From Vulcanimicrobiales bacterium (lineage in GTDB: Bacteria; Vulcanimicrobiota; Vulcanimicrobiia; Vulcanimicrobiales; Vulcanimicrobiaceae), in assembly GCA_038231455.1 (NCBI GenBank), contig JBBRLI010000003.1, positions 32,001 to 96,000 of the forward strand: 64,000 nucleotides of DNA. The letters are read 5' to 3'. Position 1 is the first letter of the stretch. Each line of letters begins with the position of its first letter. A model generated the notes under the pieces. The model ran no database searches. It was given only the letters and a program-made list of their open reading frames with translations, and was not told the origin of the DNA. The translations under genes were made by a program, and so were the position numbers. Positions 40,694-49,870 of this stretch are shown in pieces.

Positions 40694-41842
40694 ATGATCC
40701 TTCACGTGCCCCCGCTTCGCGTCGGATTTTTCACGGAGTCCTACCGACCCATCGTCAACGGTATCGTTGCGAGTATCGATACATTGCGCGGCGGACTTTC
40801 GGCATGCGGTCACGATGTTTCGGTCATTGCGCCATCGTTTCCGGACTACGTCGACGACGACGAAGCGATCGTGCGGATCCCATCATTACCGTTGCCGACC
40901 CCAACGTTTTATCGCTTGTGCGTTCCCTACGTGCGCACGAGCGATCGACTACGTGTCGAGAATCTTTCGATCGTGCACACGCATTCACCATTCGTCACCG
41001 GGTGGATGGGTGCGAGCAACGCGCGTCGTCACGATATTCCACTCATCTTTACGTATCACACGCGCATCGAAGAGTACGCGCATTACGTTCCGTTCGAACG
41101 AACGACGATGCAGCGCGCCGCCGTAACACTCACGCGTACGTACGCGAATTCGGCAGACGCCGTGATCGTGCCGACGCGTGCGATGGAAGTGCATTTACGT
41201 AAGCTCGGCGTCATTTCGCGCATCGCCGTCGTCCCGAGCGCCATCGATGTGGAACGCTATGCCGGAGGCGTCCGCCGGGCCGACGTGCGTGCGCAACTCG
41301 GTGCGGTCGATGAGACCAAGCTCATCCTGTTCGTCTCTCGCCTCGCGCGGGAGAAAAATCTGGAGCTCGTCCTTGAGGCGCTCGCCCGGATCTCGGATCC
41401 GCGCATCCAGTTGGCCGTGGTCGGCGAAGGGCCCCACCGGGCCAGCCTCGAGCGCCACGCACAAGAGCTGGGCATCGCCGGCCGGGTTCGCTTTGTCGGC
41501 GGCCTGGCGCCCGAGCGGCTGCCCGATGTCTATGCCTCGGCCGACGTGTTCGTTTTTCCGAGCACGACGGAGACGCAAGGCTTGGTGCTCGCCGAAGCGC
41601 TCTGCGCCAGGCTGCCGGTGGTCGCCGTCGAGAGCGCCGCATCGCGGGAAGTGCTTGGGGGCAGCGGCGAGCTGGTGTCGGTTGACGCAAGCGCCCTTGC
41701 GGCCGGATTGATCGCTGCACTCGATCGTCCGCGGGCCTGGCAGAGTGCCGTACATTTGGCATCCTCGCGCTATACAGTCGCTGAGCAGACGGCACGCATC
41801 CTCGATCTTTACGGGGAGGTGTTGACCGTCGGAGCCGCTTGA
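40694..41842 (+). CDS. GT4 glycosyltransferase (diacylglycerol glucosyltransferase-like)
   Basis: FTESYRPIVNG, HTHSPF, TYHT, SRLAREKN, TETQGLVLAEA. Confidence 0.88.
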   Translation: MILHVPPLRVGFFTESYRPIVNGIVASIDTLRGGLSACGHDVSVIAPSFPDYVDDDEAIVRIPSLPLPTPTFYRLCVPYVRTSDRLRVENLSIVHTHSPFVTGWMGASNARRHDIPLIFTYHTRIEEYAHYVPFERTTMQRAAVTLTRTYANSADAVIVPTRAMEVHLRKLGVISRIAVVPSAIDVERYAGGVRRADVRAQLGAVDETKLILFVSRLAREKNLELVLEALARISDPRIQLAVVGEGPHRASLERHAQELGIAGRVRFVGGLAPERLPDVYASADVFVFPSTTETQGLVLAEALCARLPVVAVESAASREVLGGSGELVSVDASALAAGLIAALDRPRAWQSAVHLASSRYTVAEQTARILDLYGEVLTVGAA

Positions 41843-41867
41843 CTCGAACGTATGTTCGATGTAGGAT
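41839..41867 (+). promoter_or_regulatory. Sigma70 promoter containing a LexA (SOS) box
   Basis: -35 TTGACT (41839-44), 17 nt spacer, -10 TAGGAT (41862-67); perfect TCGAAC-GTAT-GTTCGA at 41844-41859. Confidence 0.85.
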
Positions 41868-41880
41868 ACAAATAACGATC

Positions 41881-42315
41881 ATGGCACACGCTACCAAGAC
41901 TCGCCCCGCTGCTGACATCGCCCTCGGATTTGCCGCCGACGGACGCGGCACCGGTGTGGCCTACGCGACCATCGCAACGGGAACGTCGCGGTCGACGGTG
42001 CGTTTAGGATTTCGCTTCAAACCGCTGGCCGCGCTCGACGGAAAAGAAGCCGGTTACGCAGCCGTCGCTGCTGCCGCTGCTCACGCCAAAGCGCGCGGCT
42101 TTGGCCGGATCCGGGTCCGCATCGCAGATGCGGGCCTCGCCGCTGAGCTCTCCGGCGTGCGGAACGTCGGCCCGGCGCTCGGCATGGCGTACGTCAAAAC
42201 GCGGTGTGCGCTGCACGCGTTCAGCTCGGCGCGCATCGAAGCCGGCGAGGCGGTCGAAGTCGCCGACCTCCAATCGCGCGCGCAGGCCGAAGTCTCACTC
42301 ACCGTCGCGGCCTAG
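41881..42315 (+). CDS. Hypothetical protein with a degenerate RNase H-like fold
   Basis: KEAGYAAVAAAAAHAKARGFGRIRVRIADAGLAAELSG parallels the RNase HI pattern NxAEYxAL...G...VxxDSxLVxxQxxG. Confidence 0.65.
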   Translation: MAHATKTRPAADIALGFAADGRGTGVAYATIATGTSRSTVRLGFRFKPLAALDGKEAGYAAVAAAAAHAKARGFGRIRVRIADAGLAAELSGVRNVGPALGMAYVKTRCALHAFSSARIEAGEAVEVADLQSRAQAEVSLTVAA

Positions 42316-42318
42316 CCG

Positions 42319-42909
42319 CTGGATCCGATCCCGCGCGCCGGCCTCCCCCTCGACACGTTGGGGCTTGCGCGCTTCTTGATCGGCCTGTTGCTTGTGCGCG
42401 AACGGGACGGGATCCAGCTGGTCGGCCGGATCGTCGAGACGGAGGCCTATACGCCGGGCGATCCCGCCTCGCACGCCTACCGTGGCGAGACGAAGCGCAA
42501 CGGCGCCATGTTTCTTGAACCGGGGCATGCGTACGTCTACCTCATCTACGGTACCGCGTTCTGTATGAACGTGACGACCGAAGCCGCTGGCGTGGGGGCC
42601 GCCGTGTTGATCCGAGCGCTCGAACCGGTTTCCGGACTCGATGCAATGCGTGCGAACCGCGCCGGGATCGCCGACCGCGATCTTGCGCGAGGCCCCGGAC
42701 GTTTGTGCAAAGCGCTCGACATCGGTGCCGATCAGAACGGCATTGCCCTCGATCCGGGCGGGCCGCTCTGGATCGCCCGCGATCGCGCGCCGCTCGCCGA
42801 AATCGGCGAGAGTACGCGGATCGGGCTCACGAAAGCCGCCGACATACCGCATCGTTTCTATGCTCGAGGCAGCCGCTACATCAGTGGTCCTCGTGCCCTG
42901 TCGCCGTAG
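42319..42909 (+). CDS. mpg: 3-methyladenine DNA glycosylase (AAG/MPG family); probable CTG start
   Basis: GRIVETEAY, DPASH, YVYLIYG, AVLIRA, GPGRLC, RIG. Confidence 0.93.
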   Translation: MDPIPRAGLPLDTLGLARFLIGLLLVRERDGIQLVGRIVETEAYTPGDPASHAYRGETKRNGAMFLEPGHAYVYLIYGTAFCMNVTTEAAGVGAAVLIRALEPVSGLDAMRANRAGIADRDLARGPGRLCKALDIGADQNGIALDPGGPLWIARDRAPLAEIGESTRIGLTKAADIPHRFYARGSRYISGPRALSP

Positions 42910-42986
42910 GCTCGCCCGCTTCAAAGCGGCGCTTCTATTGAAGGAGCGTTTGCGGCTAGATTAAGGAGTGTGCTAAAGTCGTCATC

Positions 42987-43742
42987 GTGAGCGAACGAAT
43001 GCGGCTTCAGCGCTACCTTGCGCAAGCCGGCGTCGCGTCACGACGCAAAGCCGAGGAGTTGATCGTCGCCGGCGCTGTGCGCGTGAACGGCAACGTCGTC
43101 AAGGAGCTGGGAACGACCGTCGGCGAGGACGATCGCGTTGAATATGCGGGTCGCGTCGTCACGCCCGCCGAGACGCTCAGTTACATCGTGCTCCACAAAC
43201 CGTACAACTGCATGACGACCATGAGCGACCCTGAAGGTCGCCGGACGGTCGCCGAGGTGTTGAAGTCGCGCGGCATCAAGCAGCGCGTGGTTCCGGTCGG
43301 CCGACTCGACTACGATACCGCTGGAGTCCTGTTGCTCACCGATGACGGCGACCTCGCCCATATCTTGACGCATCCACGCTTCGGGGTGGAAAAAACGTAT
43401 CGCGCAACGCTGCAGGGCCGGCTCGAACCCTCGGAATTCGCCCGCGTCACCGGCGGCATGAAGCTCGAAGACGGCCGTACGGCCGAGGCGGCCTTGAAGG
43501 TCGTCGCCGTTTCTCGCGGCCGCTCCGTTGTCGACCTCACGATCCACGAAGGCCGCAACCGCCAGATCCGGCGCATGTTCGAGGCGGTCGGCCACCCGGT
43601 CATTGATTTGATTCGCCTGCGCTTCGGGCCGATTTCACTCGGCGATCTTACCGCCGGGGAGATGCGTCCCGCCAACGACCGGGAGCGCAAAGCGCTTGCC
43701 GTTATCGAAAACGAAGCGCGCGCAAGCGAGGAACGCGTATGA
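42987..43742 (+). CDS. rluB: rRNA pseudouridine synthase (RluB/RsuA family)
   Basis: RLQRYLAQAGVASRR S4 domain, VGRLD, EGRNRQIRRM. Confidence 0.88.
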   Translation: MSERMRLQRYLAQAGVASRRKAEELIVAGAVRVNGNVVKELGTTVGEDDRVEYAGRVVTPAETLSYIVLHKPYNCMTTMSDPEGRRTVAEVLKSRGIKQRVVPVGRLDYDTAGVLLLTDDGDLAHILTHPRFGVEKTYRATLQGRLEPSEFARVTGGMKLEDGRTAEAALKVVAVSRGRSVVDLTIHEGRNRQIRRMFEAVGHPVIDLIRLRFGPISLGDLTAGEMRPANDRERKALAVIENEARASEERV

Positions 43743-44116
43743 GTTCGGTCGTGCGCGGGATTCGCGGCGCGATCACCGCCGATGCCGATACCACCGAGGG
43801 GATCCTCGATGCCACGCAGCGGCTCTTGGCGGCCATCGTCGAAGCAAACCATATCGCGACCGAAAATATCGCATCCGTGCTCTTTACCGTCACCCCCGAT
43901 CTCAAAGCCCAATTTCCCGCCGCCGCCGCGCGTCGCATGGGCTGGACCCTGGTGCCGCTCTTGAACTTCACCGAGATCGCGGTACCCGGGGGTCTCGAGC
44001 GCTGCATTCGCGTGCTCTTGCATCTTAATACCACCCTCGGACAATCCGAGATCGTTCACGTGTACCTCGAGGGCGCTCGCGCGCTCCGTCCCGACTTGGA
44101 GCAGAACCCGAAATGA
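43739..44116 (+). CDS. aroH: Chorismate mutase, AroH class
   Basis: VRGIRGA, FPAAAAR, HVYLEGARALRPD. Confidence 0.95.
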   Translation: MSSVVRGIRGAITADADTTEGILDATQRLLAAIVEANHIATENIASVLFTVTPDLKAQFPAAAARRMGWTLVPLLNFTEIAVPGGLERCIRVLLHLNTTLGQSEIVHVYLEGARALRPDLEQNPK

Positions 44117-45159
44117 TCGTCGTCATGCGCCCGCACGCCGCCCCCGCGAACGTGGACGCCGTTATCGCAACCGTCGAGAGCTTAGGTCTCACCGCACACG
44201 TGAGTCAAGGCGCGGAGCGCACCGTGATCGGTGTTGTCGGCATACGCGATGACAAAGAAACGCTTATCGCGCAATTTTCGCAGTTCGACGGCGTCGAAAA
44301 CGTGATGCCGATTTCGCGCTCGTATAAACTCGTCAGCGCGGAAGCTCGCACCGGACGGAGCATCATCCGTCTGAAAAACGGCGCGAGTTTCGGCGGCGAA
44401 CAGCTTGCAATTATGGCCGGCCCGTGCAGCGTCGAGAGTCGCGAACAACTCGAAGCGACGGCCCGTTCGGTCTCGCAGAGCGGTGCGAACGTCTTGCGCG
44501 GCGGGGCGTTCAAGCCGCGCACGTCGCCGTACGCATTCCAAGGCATGGGCGAGGCGGGACTACGGCTGCTGCGCGAGACCGCCGATCAGTACGGCCTTGC
44601 CGTCGTCACCGAGGTGATGGACGTACGCGATGTGGAGCTCGTGGCAAAGTACGCGGACATGCTGCAAGTCGGCGCGCGCAACATGCAGAATTTCAACTTG
44701 TTGCGCGAAGTCGGAAACGTGCGCGTCCCCGTTTTACTCAAACGCGGTCTTGCAGCAACGATCGACGAGTGGCTGATGGCTGCTGAATACATCGTCGTCA
44801 CCGGCAATCACGACGTCGTCCTCTGCGAGCGCGGAATCCGCTCGTTCGATCCAATGACGCGCAACGTGCTGGACCTCGCCGCCGTGCCGCTCGTGCAGTC
44901 GCTCTCGCATCTTCCCGTCGTGGTCGACCCCTCGCACGGCACGGGCGTGCGTATTCTGGTCGAACCGATGGCGAAAGCGGGCATCGCTTGTGGTGCCGAC
45001 GGTCTGATTATCGAAGTCCATCCCAATCCCGCCGTCGCCGTCTCGGACGGACCGCAGTCGCTCACCCTCGATGGATTCGCGCGTGTGATGGATCGGCTCC
45101 GTCCGGTGGCCGAGGCCGTCGGGCGTTCGCTCCCCGCTACGGTCAACGCCGGCGTTTAA
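44113..45159 (+). CDS. aroF: DAHP synthase (type I-beta with N-terminal regulatory domain)
   Basis: [30 protein letters not shown]. Confidence 0.95.
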   Translation: MIVVMRPHAAPANVDAVIATVESLGLTAHVSQGAERTVIGVVGIRDDKETLIAQFSQFDGVENVMPISRSYKLVSAEARTGRSIIRLKNGASFGGEQLAIMAGPCSVESREQLEATARSVSQSGANVLRGGAFKPRTSPYAFQGMGEAGLRLLRETADQYGLAVVTEVMDVRDVELVAKYADMLQVGARNMQNFNLLREVGNVRVPVLLKRGLAATIDEWLMAAEYIVVTGNHDVVLCERGIRSFDPMTRNVLDLAAVPLVQSLSHLPVVVDPSHGTGVRILVEPMAKAGIACGADGLIIEVHPNPAVAVSDGPQSLTLDGFARVMDRLRPVAEAVGRSLPATVNAGV

Positions 45160-46009
45160 GCGCGTCGGCGTCGCCGGCGTCGGACTCGTCGGCGGTTCGG
45201 TCGCGCTCGCTGCGCATGCAGCGAAAGCAACGGTCACCGCTTTTGAGACGAGTACGCTTGCGCTCGCGTATGCGCGCGAGAAGCGCATGGTCGATGCGAG
45301 CGTCGCGGATCTTGCCGCACTCGCTCGCGCGGTCGATGTCCTCGTCTTGGCAGCGCCGCTGCCGGCAACGCTCGACGCGCTCGCAGAACTGCAGGCGCTC
45401 GATACGACCGGACCCTGGCCGGTCCTTATCCTCGATGTCGCCTCGACCAAGCGCGCGGTCGCAAAGGCGGGGGCGCCGGTGCGTAATTTTGTCCCTTCGC
45501 ACCCAATCGCGGGTGCGGAGCGACGCGGTCCGACGGCGGCACGCGCGGATCTCTTCGTCGGCCGGACCTGGGCATTCGTCCCAACCGAACCCGGGCTTGA
45601 CCGGCTCGCGCGAGAATTCATCACCGCGATGGGTGCCGAGCCCTTACCGATCGGCGCAGACCGGCACGACGAAGTCCTCGCGCTGACCTCACATTTGCCC
45701 CAACTGGTCTCGACGGTGCTTGCCGCGACGCTCGCCGCTCACACCGCGCAAGCCGATGTTTCGACCCTCTGCGGACCGGGGATGTCATCCATGCTGCGTT
45801 TAGCTCACGCGGACTTTGCGCTCTGGGAGCCGATCCTCAGCGAAAACCGGCTCGCGGTCGCCGCGATGCTGGCAGAACTCAATTCACGTCTCGAGGCTGC
45901 TCGGTTAGCACTCGAGCGAGGAGAGGTTCCCGCCCTTGCGTCGTATTTCGGTGACGCGCATCGAGCGGTCCGCGAGCTTGAGGAACGATCCCCAAAGCCG
46001 TCCCGTTAG
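45146..46009 (+). CDS. tyrA: Prephenate dehydrogenase; start non-canonical and uncertain
   Basis: Rossmann motif [14 protein letters not shown] begins at 45158, upstream of the first ATG (45287); DVASTK, SHPIAG, HD...SHLP. Confidence 0.88.
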   Translation, partial: TPAFKRVGVAGVGLVGGSVALAAHAAKATVTAFETSTLALAYAREKRMVDASVADLAALARAVDVLVLAAPLPATLDALAELQALDTTGPWPVLILDVASTKRAVAKAGAPVRNFVPSHPIAGAERRGPTAARADLFVGRTWAFVPTEPGLDRLAREFITAMGAEPLPIGADRHDEVLALTSHLPQLVSTVLAATLAAHTAQADVSTLCGPGMSSMLRLAHADFALWEPILSENRLAVAAMLAELNSRLEAARLALERGEVPALASYFGDAHRAVRELEERSPKPSR

Positions 46010-46038
46010 CTTTGTAATCTCACCCATTCGAGGAATCT

Positions 46039-47367
46039 ATGTCGTATAAGCGCCTTTTCGCCGTGACTCTTCCCGCACTCGCCGCCGTGGTCCTGACGCC
46101 GCAACTGCCGGTTTTTGCCCAAGCAGCCTCCGACGGGGATACGTACGTCCACGCCAAGCTCGTGACGCGCGGCAAGCACGCAACGCCGATCGCCGGCAAT
46201 GGTACCGTGGTCATCCAGGTGTTCGTCAAAGCCGACGGCTCGTTCAAAGTGCAGCGGGTGATCAAGACGACGAACAAGGCCGACGATGCAGCGGCCATGG
46301 AAATCGCAAGTTCCTCGACCTACAAACCCGCGACGCGCAATGGCAAAGCGACCGCTGAATTCTATTCGTTCACGATGAAATTTAACGGCTCGGAGATCGA
46401 CGCCGGCGATCCGCAAGTGACCAGCACCGATTTGCGTCGCATCCTCGGCATGATCAACGCGAATAACTTTCAGGGCGCGCAGCCGCTCGCAAAAGCCTAC
46501 GTCGCCGCTAATCCAACCGATCAAAGCGGACAGGCGCTGCTCGGCGTAGCGGATTCGTACCTGAAAGACTACGCAGGCGCCGTTGCCGCATTCGATGCAG
46601 CGGGGACGGTTCCGCAGAATTACAAAGCAGCTGCGCTCGAATCGTACGTCAACTACGCAAACGACGCGTACACAGCCAAAAATTACGATGCATCCATTGC
46701 CGCCGCAAAACATGCGCTTGCACTCGGCTCGGGCCCCGGGATCTATAACATTCTTGGTAACGCAGAGTACGGCAAAGGGAACATGGCCGCGGCAGTCGAG
46801 GATCTGGAAAAAGCGGTCGCCGGGATCAAGTCCGATCCGAAGGTCGACTCAAAGTCGCTCGTCCGGGTCGAAGTGAATTTGATCGGCGCGTATTCTGCAA
46901 ACGGTCAGAACGACAAGGCACAAGCGCTCGCAAAACAAGTGCTAGCAGTCGATCCCACTGCGCCGGTGCAGTCGCTCCTTGTCAATCCCGTTGCGGAGAA
47001 GGCAAAGGCTCTGGCCCGTGACAAAAAATTCGTTGAAGCAGCGAACCTTTTGGATAGCGCAGCCGCGTCGTCGCCGTCGAAGGATGCATCACTCGTGCTG
47101 TACGGGCTTGCTGCGAATTACGCCGAGTCTGGGGAAAAGCCGGATTGGAAGCTGGGTAAGTCCCTAGCTGACAAAGCCCTGGCAATCGATCCAAACGACG
47201 CTCGCGCAAACTATTACGTCGGCATCGCGATCGCAAGCGAAAAGTCGCTCGGTACGGTGAAAGATGCGCTGGTCTACCTCAATAAGGCGGATGCGTCTTC
47301 GAAGACCGGCACCGATGCGGAGTTAACCAAGCAGATCGAAGCGACGATCAAGCAATTGTCGAAATAG
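46039..47367 (+). CDS. Secreted TonB C-terminal domain + TPR repeat protein
   Basis: Signal peptide; GTVVIQVFVKADG...DDAAAME...YKPATRNGK TonB-C pattern; TPR repeats. Confidence 0.75.
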   Translation: MSYKRLFAVTLPALAAVVLTPQLPVFAQAASDGDTYVHAKLVTRGKHATPIAGNGTVVIQVFVKADGSFKVQRVIKTTNKADDAAAMEIASSSTYKPATRNGKATAEFYSFTMKFNGSEIDAGDPQVTSTDLRRILGMINANNFQGAQPLAKAYVAANPTDQSGQALLGVADSYLKDYAGAVAAFDAAGTVPQNYKAAALESYVNYANDAYTAKNYDASIAAAKHALALGSGPGIYNILGNAEYGKGNMAAAVEDLEKAVAGIKSDPKVDSKSLVRVEVNLIGAYSANGQNDKAQALAKQVLAVDPTAPVQSLLVNPVAEKAKALARDKKFVEAANLLDSAAASSPSKDASLVLYGLAANYAESGEKPDWKLGKSLADKALAIDPNDARANYYVGIAIASEKSLGTVKDALVYLNKADASSKTGTDAELTKQIEATIKQLSK

Positions 47368-47505
47368 AGTTCCCGTTCTTGCAGAAACGTTACAAGGAAT
47401 GAAACCGGATCGCGAGCAAAGGGAACGCTCGCATCCGGGACCGGTGAACCCGCTAGCTTTCTTCGTCCCAAAAGCACCCTGCTGTGGAGGCCCCAGAGAC
47501 TAATC

Positions 47506-48177
47506 GTGGATTTTTTTACGAATTTCTTCAAATCGATCGTTACGGGCGGACCGGCGATGTGGGCACTCGTGGTGCTCTCGATTATGGCCGTCGCGATCGT
47601 TTTCGAACGCCTCTTTTTCTTCTCCACGCAGCACTCGGACTCGAAGACGCTGCTCCGCGAGATCGGTCAAAAAATCGCCGTCGACGATATGTCGGGCGCG
47701 ATGCGTATCTGCAAATCCAACAAGGGTATGCTCCCGCGCATTCTTGAGTTCGGTCTTGCTCGCGGCGAAAAGAACCGCGCCGACATCACCGACGCGCTTT
47801 CGATCGCGCTTATGGAGAACCTCAACTCGCTCGAGCGAAATCTCGGGATCATCGGCACGATCGCCGTTATCGCACCGTTCGTCGGGCTCTTCGGTACCGT
47901 GCTCGGTATCATTCGTGCCTTCGACGACATCGCGCTCAAAGGCAATTCATCGCCCGCGGTCGTTGCCGCCGGCGTCGGTGAAGCGCTCTACACCACAGCC
48001 GCCGGACTGTTCGTCGCCGTCATCGCCGTTGTGTTCTTCAACTACTTCAAGACGCGTATCAAGGCATACAATCAGGACATGATCGTTTCGGCAAACCAAC
48101 TCGCTGAAATGCTGCACTTCCACAACACCGGCGCACCGATCCCGACGGATCTCTACACGCCGCGCCAGGGCGCATAA
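47506..48177 (+). CDS. exbB: MotA/TolQ/ExbB proton channel
   Basis: APFVGLFGTVLGI, EALYTTAAGL. Confidence 0.9.
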   Translation: MDFFTNFFKSIVTGGPAMWALVVLSIMAVAIVFERLFFFSTQHSDSKTLLREIGQKIAVDDMSGAMRICKSNKGMLPRILEFGLARGEKNRADITDALSIALMENLNSLERNLGIIGTIAVIAPFVGLFGTVLGIIRAFDDIALKGNSSPAVVAAGVGEALYTTAAGLFVAVIAVVFFNYFKTRIKAYNQDMIVSANQLAEMLHFHNTGAPIPTDLYTPRQGA

Positions 48178-48183
48178 GCTCGC

Positions 48184-48603
48184 ATGTCCCTGATCTCGGG
48201 CGGGCAAGACGACGAAGTGATGGCCGAGATCAACATCACGCCCTTTACGGACGTGCTGTTGGTCTTACTGATCATTTTCATGATCCTTGCGGCACTCGTC
48301 ACGCCTCCGGGCTTCGAAAAAGAGCTGCCGAATAGTTCGAGCGCTCCCTCGACGCCGCAAAACGATCAGAAGAAAAATATCGAGGTCGTCGTCACGAAGA
48401 ACAACCAGATTTTCATCGATTCCAAGCAGACGAGCTTGACTGCGATTTACGGTGATATGGCCGAAGTCGCGCGGCGCCGCGGTAATAAGACGCACGTGGC
48501 GCTAACCGGCGACTTAAAAGCCGATTACGGCATCATCATCAAAATTCTCGATGCGGCGAAGCTGAGCGGACTTGACGACGTCGGCTTTGTCACTTCAGGT
48601 TAG
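48184..48603 (+). CDS. exbD: ExbD/TolR protein
   Basis: EINITPFTDVLLVLLIIFM. Confidence 0.9.
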   Translation: MSLISGGQDDEVMAEINITPFTDVLLVLLIIFMILAALVTPPGFEKELPNSSSAPSTPQNDQKKNIEVVVTKNNQIFIDSKQTSLTAIYGDMAEVARRRGNKTHVALTGDLKADYGIIIKILDAAKLSGLDDVGFVTSG

Positions 48604-48622
48604 AAGGGCGCACTAGTACACC

Positions 48623-49033
48623 GTGGCCGTATCGACTGGACAAAACGAAGAAGAGGTCATGTCGACCATCAACATCACGCCCTTTACGGACGTCTTGCTG
48701 GTGCTCTTGATCATCTTTATCATTCTCGCCTCGGTCACCAAAGAACCGAAGCTCCCGATTGCCAAGAACGCCGATAAAGTCGTCGCCTCGGATATCGTCG
48801 TCGTGATCGATGAGAAGAATAAAATTCAAGTTGGTTCGAAAGTCATCAACGAATCGACGGCGCCTGAGACCTTCCGGGAACTCAAGGCGAATACCGGCGG
48901 AAAACTCAAGTCAATCATTATTAAAGCCGATCCGAAGGCGTCGTACGGTACGATTCTGCGCGTAATGGATGCGGCGAAGTCGGCCGATCTGATCGACTTT
49001 GGCTTAGCGAATAAGACCGAGGGCGCAAAGTAG
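48623..49033 (+). CDS. exbD: ExbD/TolR protein (second copy)
   Basis: INITPFTDVLLVLLIIF, IKAD...YG. Confidence 0.9.
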   Translation: MAVSTGQNEEEVMSTINITPFTDVLLVLLIIFIILASVTKEPKLPIAKNADKVVASDIVVVIDEKNKIQVGSKVINESTAPETFRELKANTGGKLKSIIIKADPKASYGTILRVMDAAKSADLIDFGLANKTEGAK

Positions 49034-49035
49034 CA

Positions 49036-49803
49036 ATGGCCCAACAGCAGCCGCCCAAAGCGCCGCCGACGGCCGGTGAGCGCACACGTAATTTTTTGCT
49101 CTATGGCATCGGTCTCTCGATTCTCTTGCACTTGATGCTGGGGCCGCTGGTGAAGTTCAATCGCACCGTCACCGAAGAAGCGCCGCCGCAAAAAGTCACG
49201 GTGATTAAAGCACCAACGCCGCCGCCCCCGACGCCTACACCGAAGCCCACACCTCCGCCGACACCGACTCCGCCGCCGAAATCGACGCCGCCGCCGGAGA
49301 AGCATACTCCAGAGCCGCAAACGAAAAAAGTTCAAGTCAAGACGATAAAAACGACAAACAAAGGCAACGGCCCGACGGAACACGTCAATACGCTTACCAC
49401 GGGAGACCGTGAAGCGGGTAATCCCAACGGCAACTCGCCGACCGGAGCGCCTGCGACAGCGGCTGCCGTAGCCTCGGCTGCTCCGGCAACCCCAGCTCCC
49501 ACGCCCTCGCCAACGCCGAAGCCCGCGTGCGCTGTACCGAACGATGATCCGAAGGTCGTCGATCCGTATCCGCCCGAAACGCCGGCGATCGCCCAGTCGC
49601 AGGGCATCACCGGAACGGTCGAAGTGCAAGTGGACCTCGACGTAAACAGCAAGATTCTTGCGACGCGTGCGGTCTCGGGACCATCCGTCTTACGGAGTGC
49701 CGCGATCTCGGCGACCAAAGCGAGTAAATTCAAAACGGAAGTGCGCAACTGTCTCCCGCAGGCAGCAACGTACAAGTACATCGTCGAGTTTACGAACAGC
49801 TAA
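49036..49803 (+). CDS. tonB: Energy transducer TonB
   Basis: TM segment with SxxxH (SILLH), Pro-rich linker, C-terminal YP...GTVEVQV domain. Confidence 0.88.
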   Translation: MAQQQPPKAPPTAGERTRNFLLYGIGLSILLHLMLGPLVKFNRTVTEEAPPQKVTVIKAPTPPPPTPTPKPTPPPTPTPPPKSTPPPEKHTPEPQTKKVQVKTIKTTNKGNGPTEHVNTLTTGDREAGNPNGNSPTGAPATAAAVASAAPATPAPTPSPTPKPACAVPNDDPKVVDPYPPETPAIAQSQGITGTVEVQVDLDVNSKILATRAVSGPSVLRSAAISATKASKFKTEVRNCLPQAATYKYIVEFTNS

Positions 49804-49819
49804 GGGTTTCACACCAAAG

Positions 49820-49855
49820 AAAAAACGGGTCGTGCTTCGCACGGCCCGTTTTTTT
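49820..49855. terminator. Bidirectional intrinsic terminator
   Basis: AAAAAA-CGGGTCGTGC-TTC-GCACGGCCCG-TTTTTTT between convergent genes. Confidence 0.9.
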
Positions 49856-49870
49856 CTTGTTCCTTACGTC

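Noticed and set aside
47400-47500. Cobalamin riboswitch before exbB (AAGGGAA, CCGGTGAA fragments)
   Set aside because: Spacing and B12-box elements do not fit the consensus; kept only as a generic hairpin
49201-49520. CCG/ACG-rich repeats in tonB
   Set aside because: They simply encode the Pro-Thr linker of TonB
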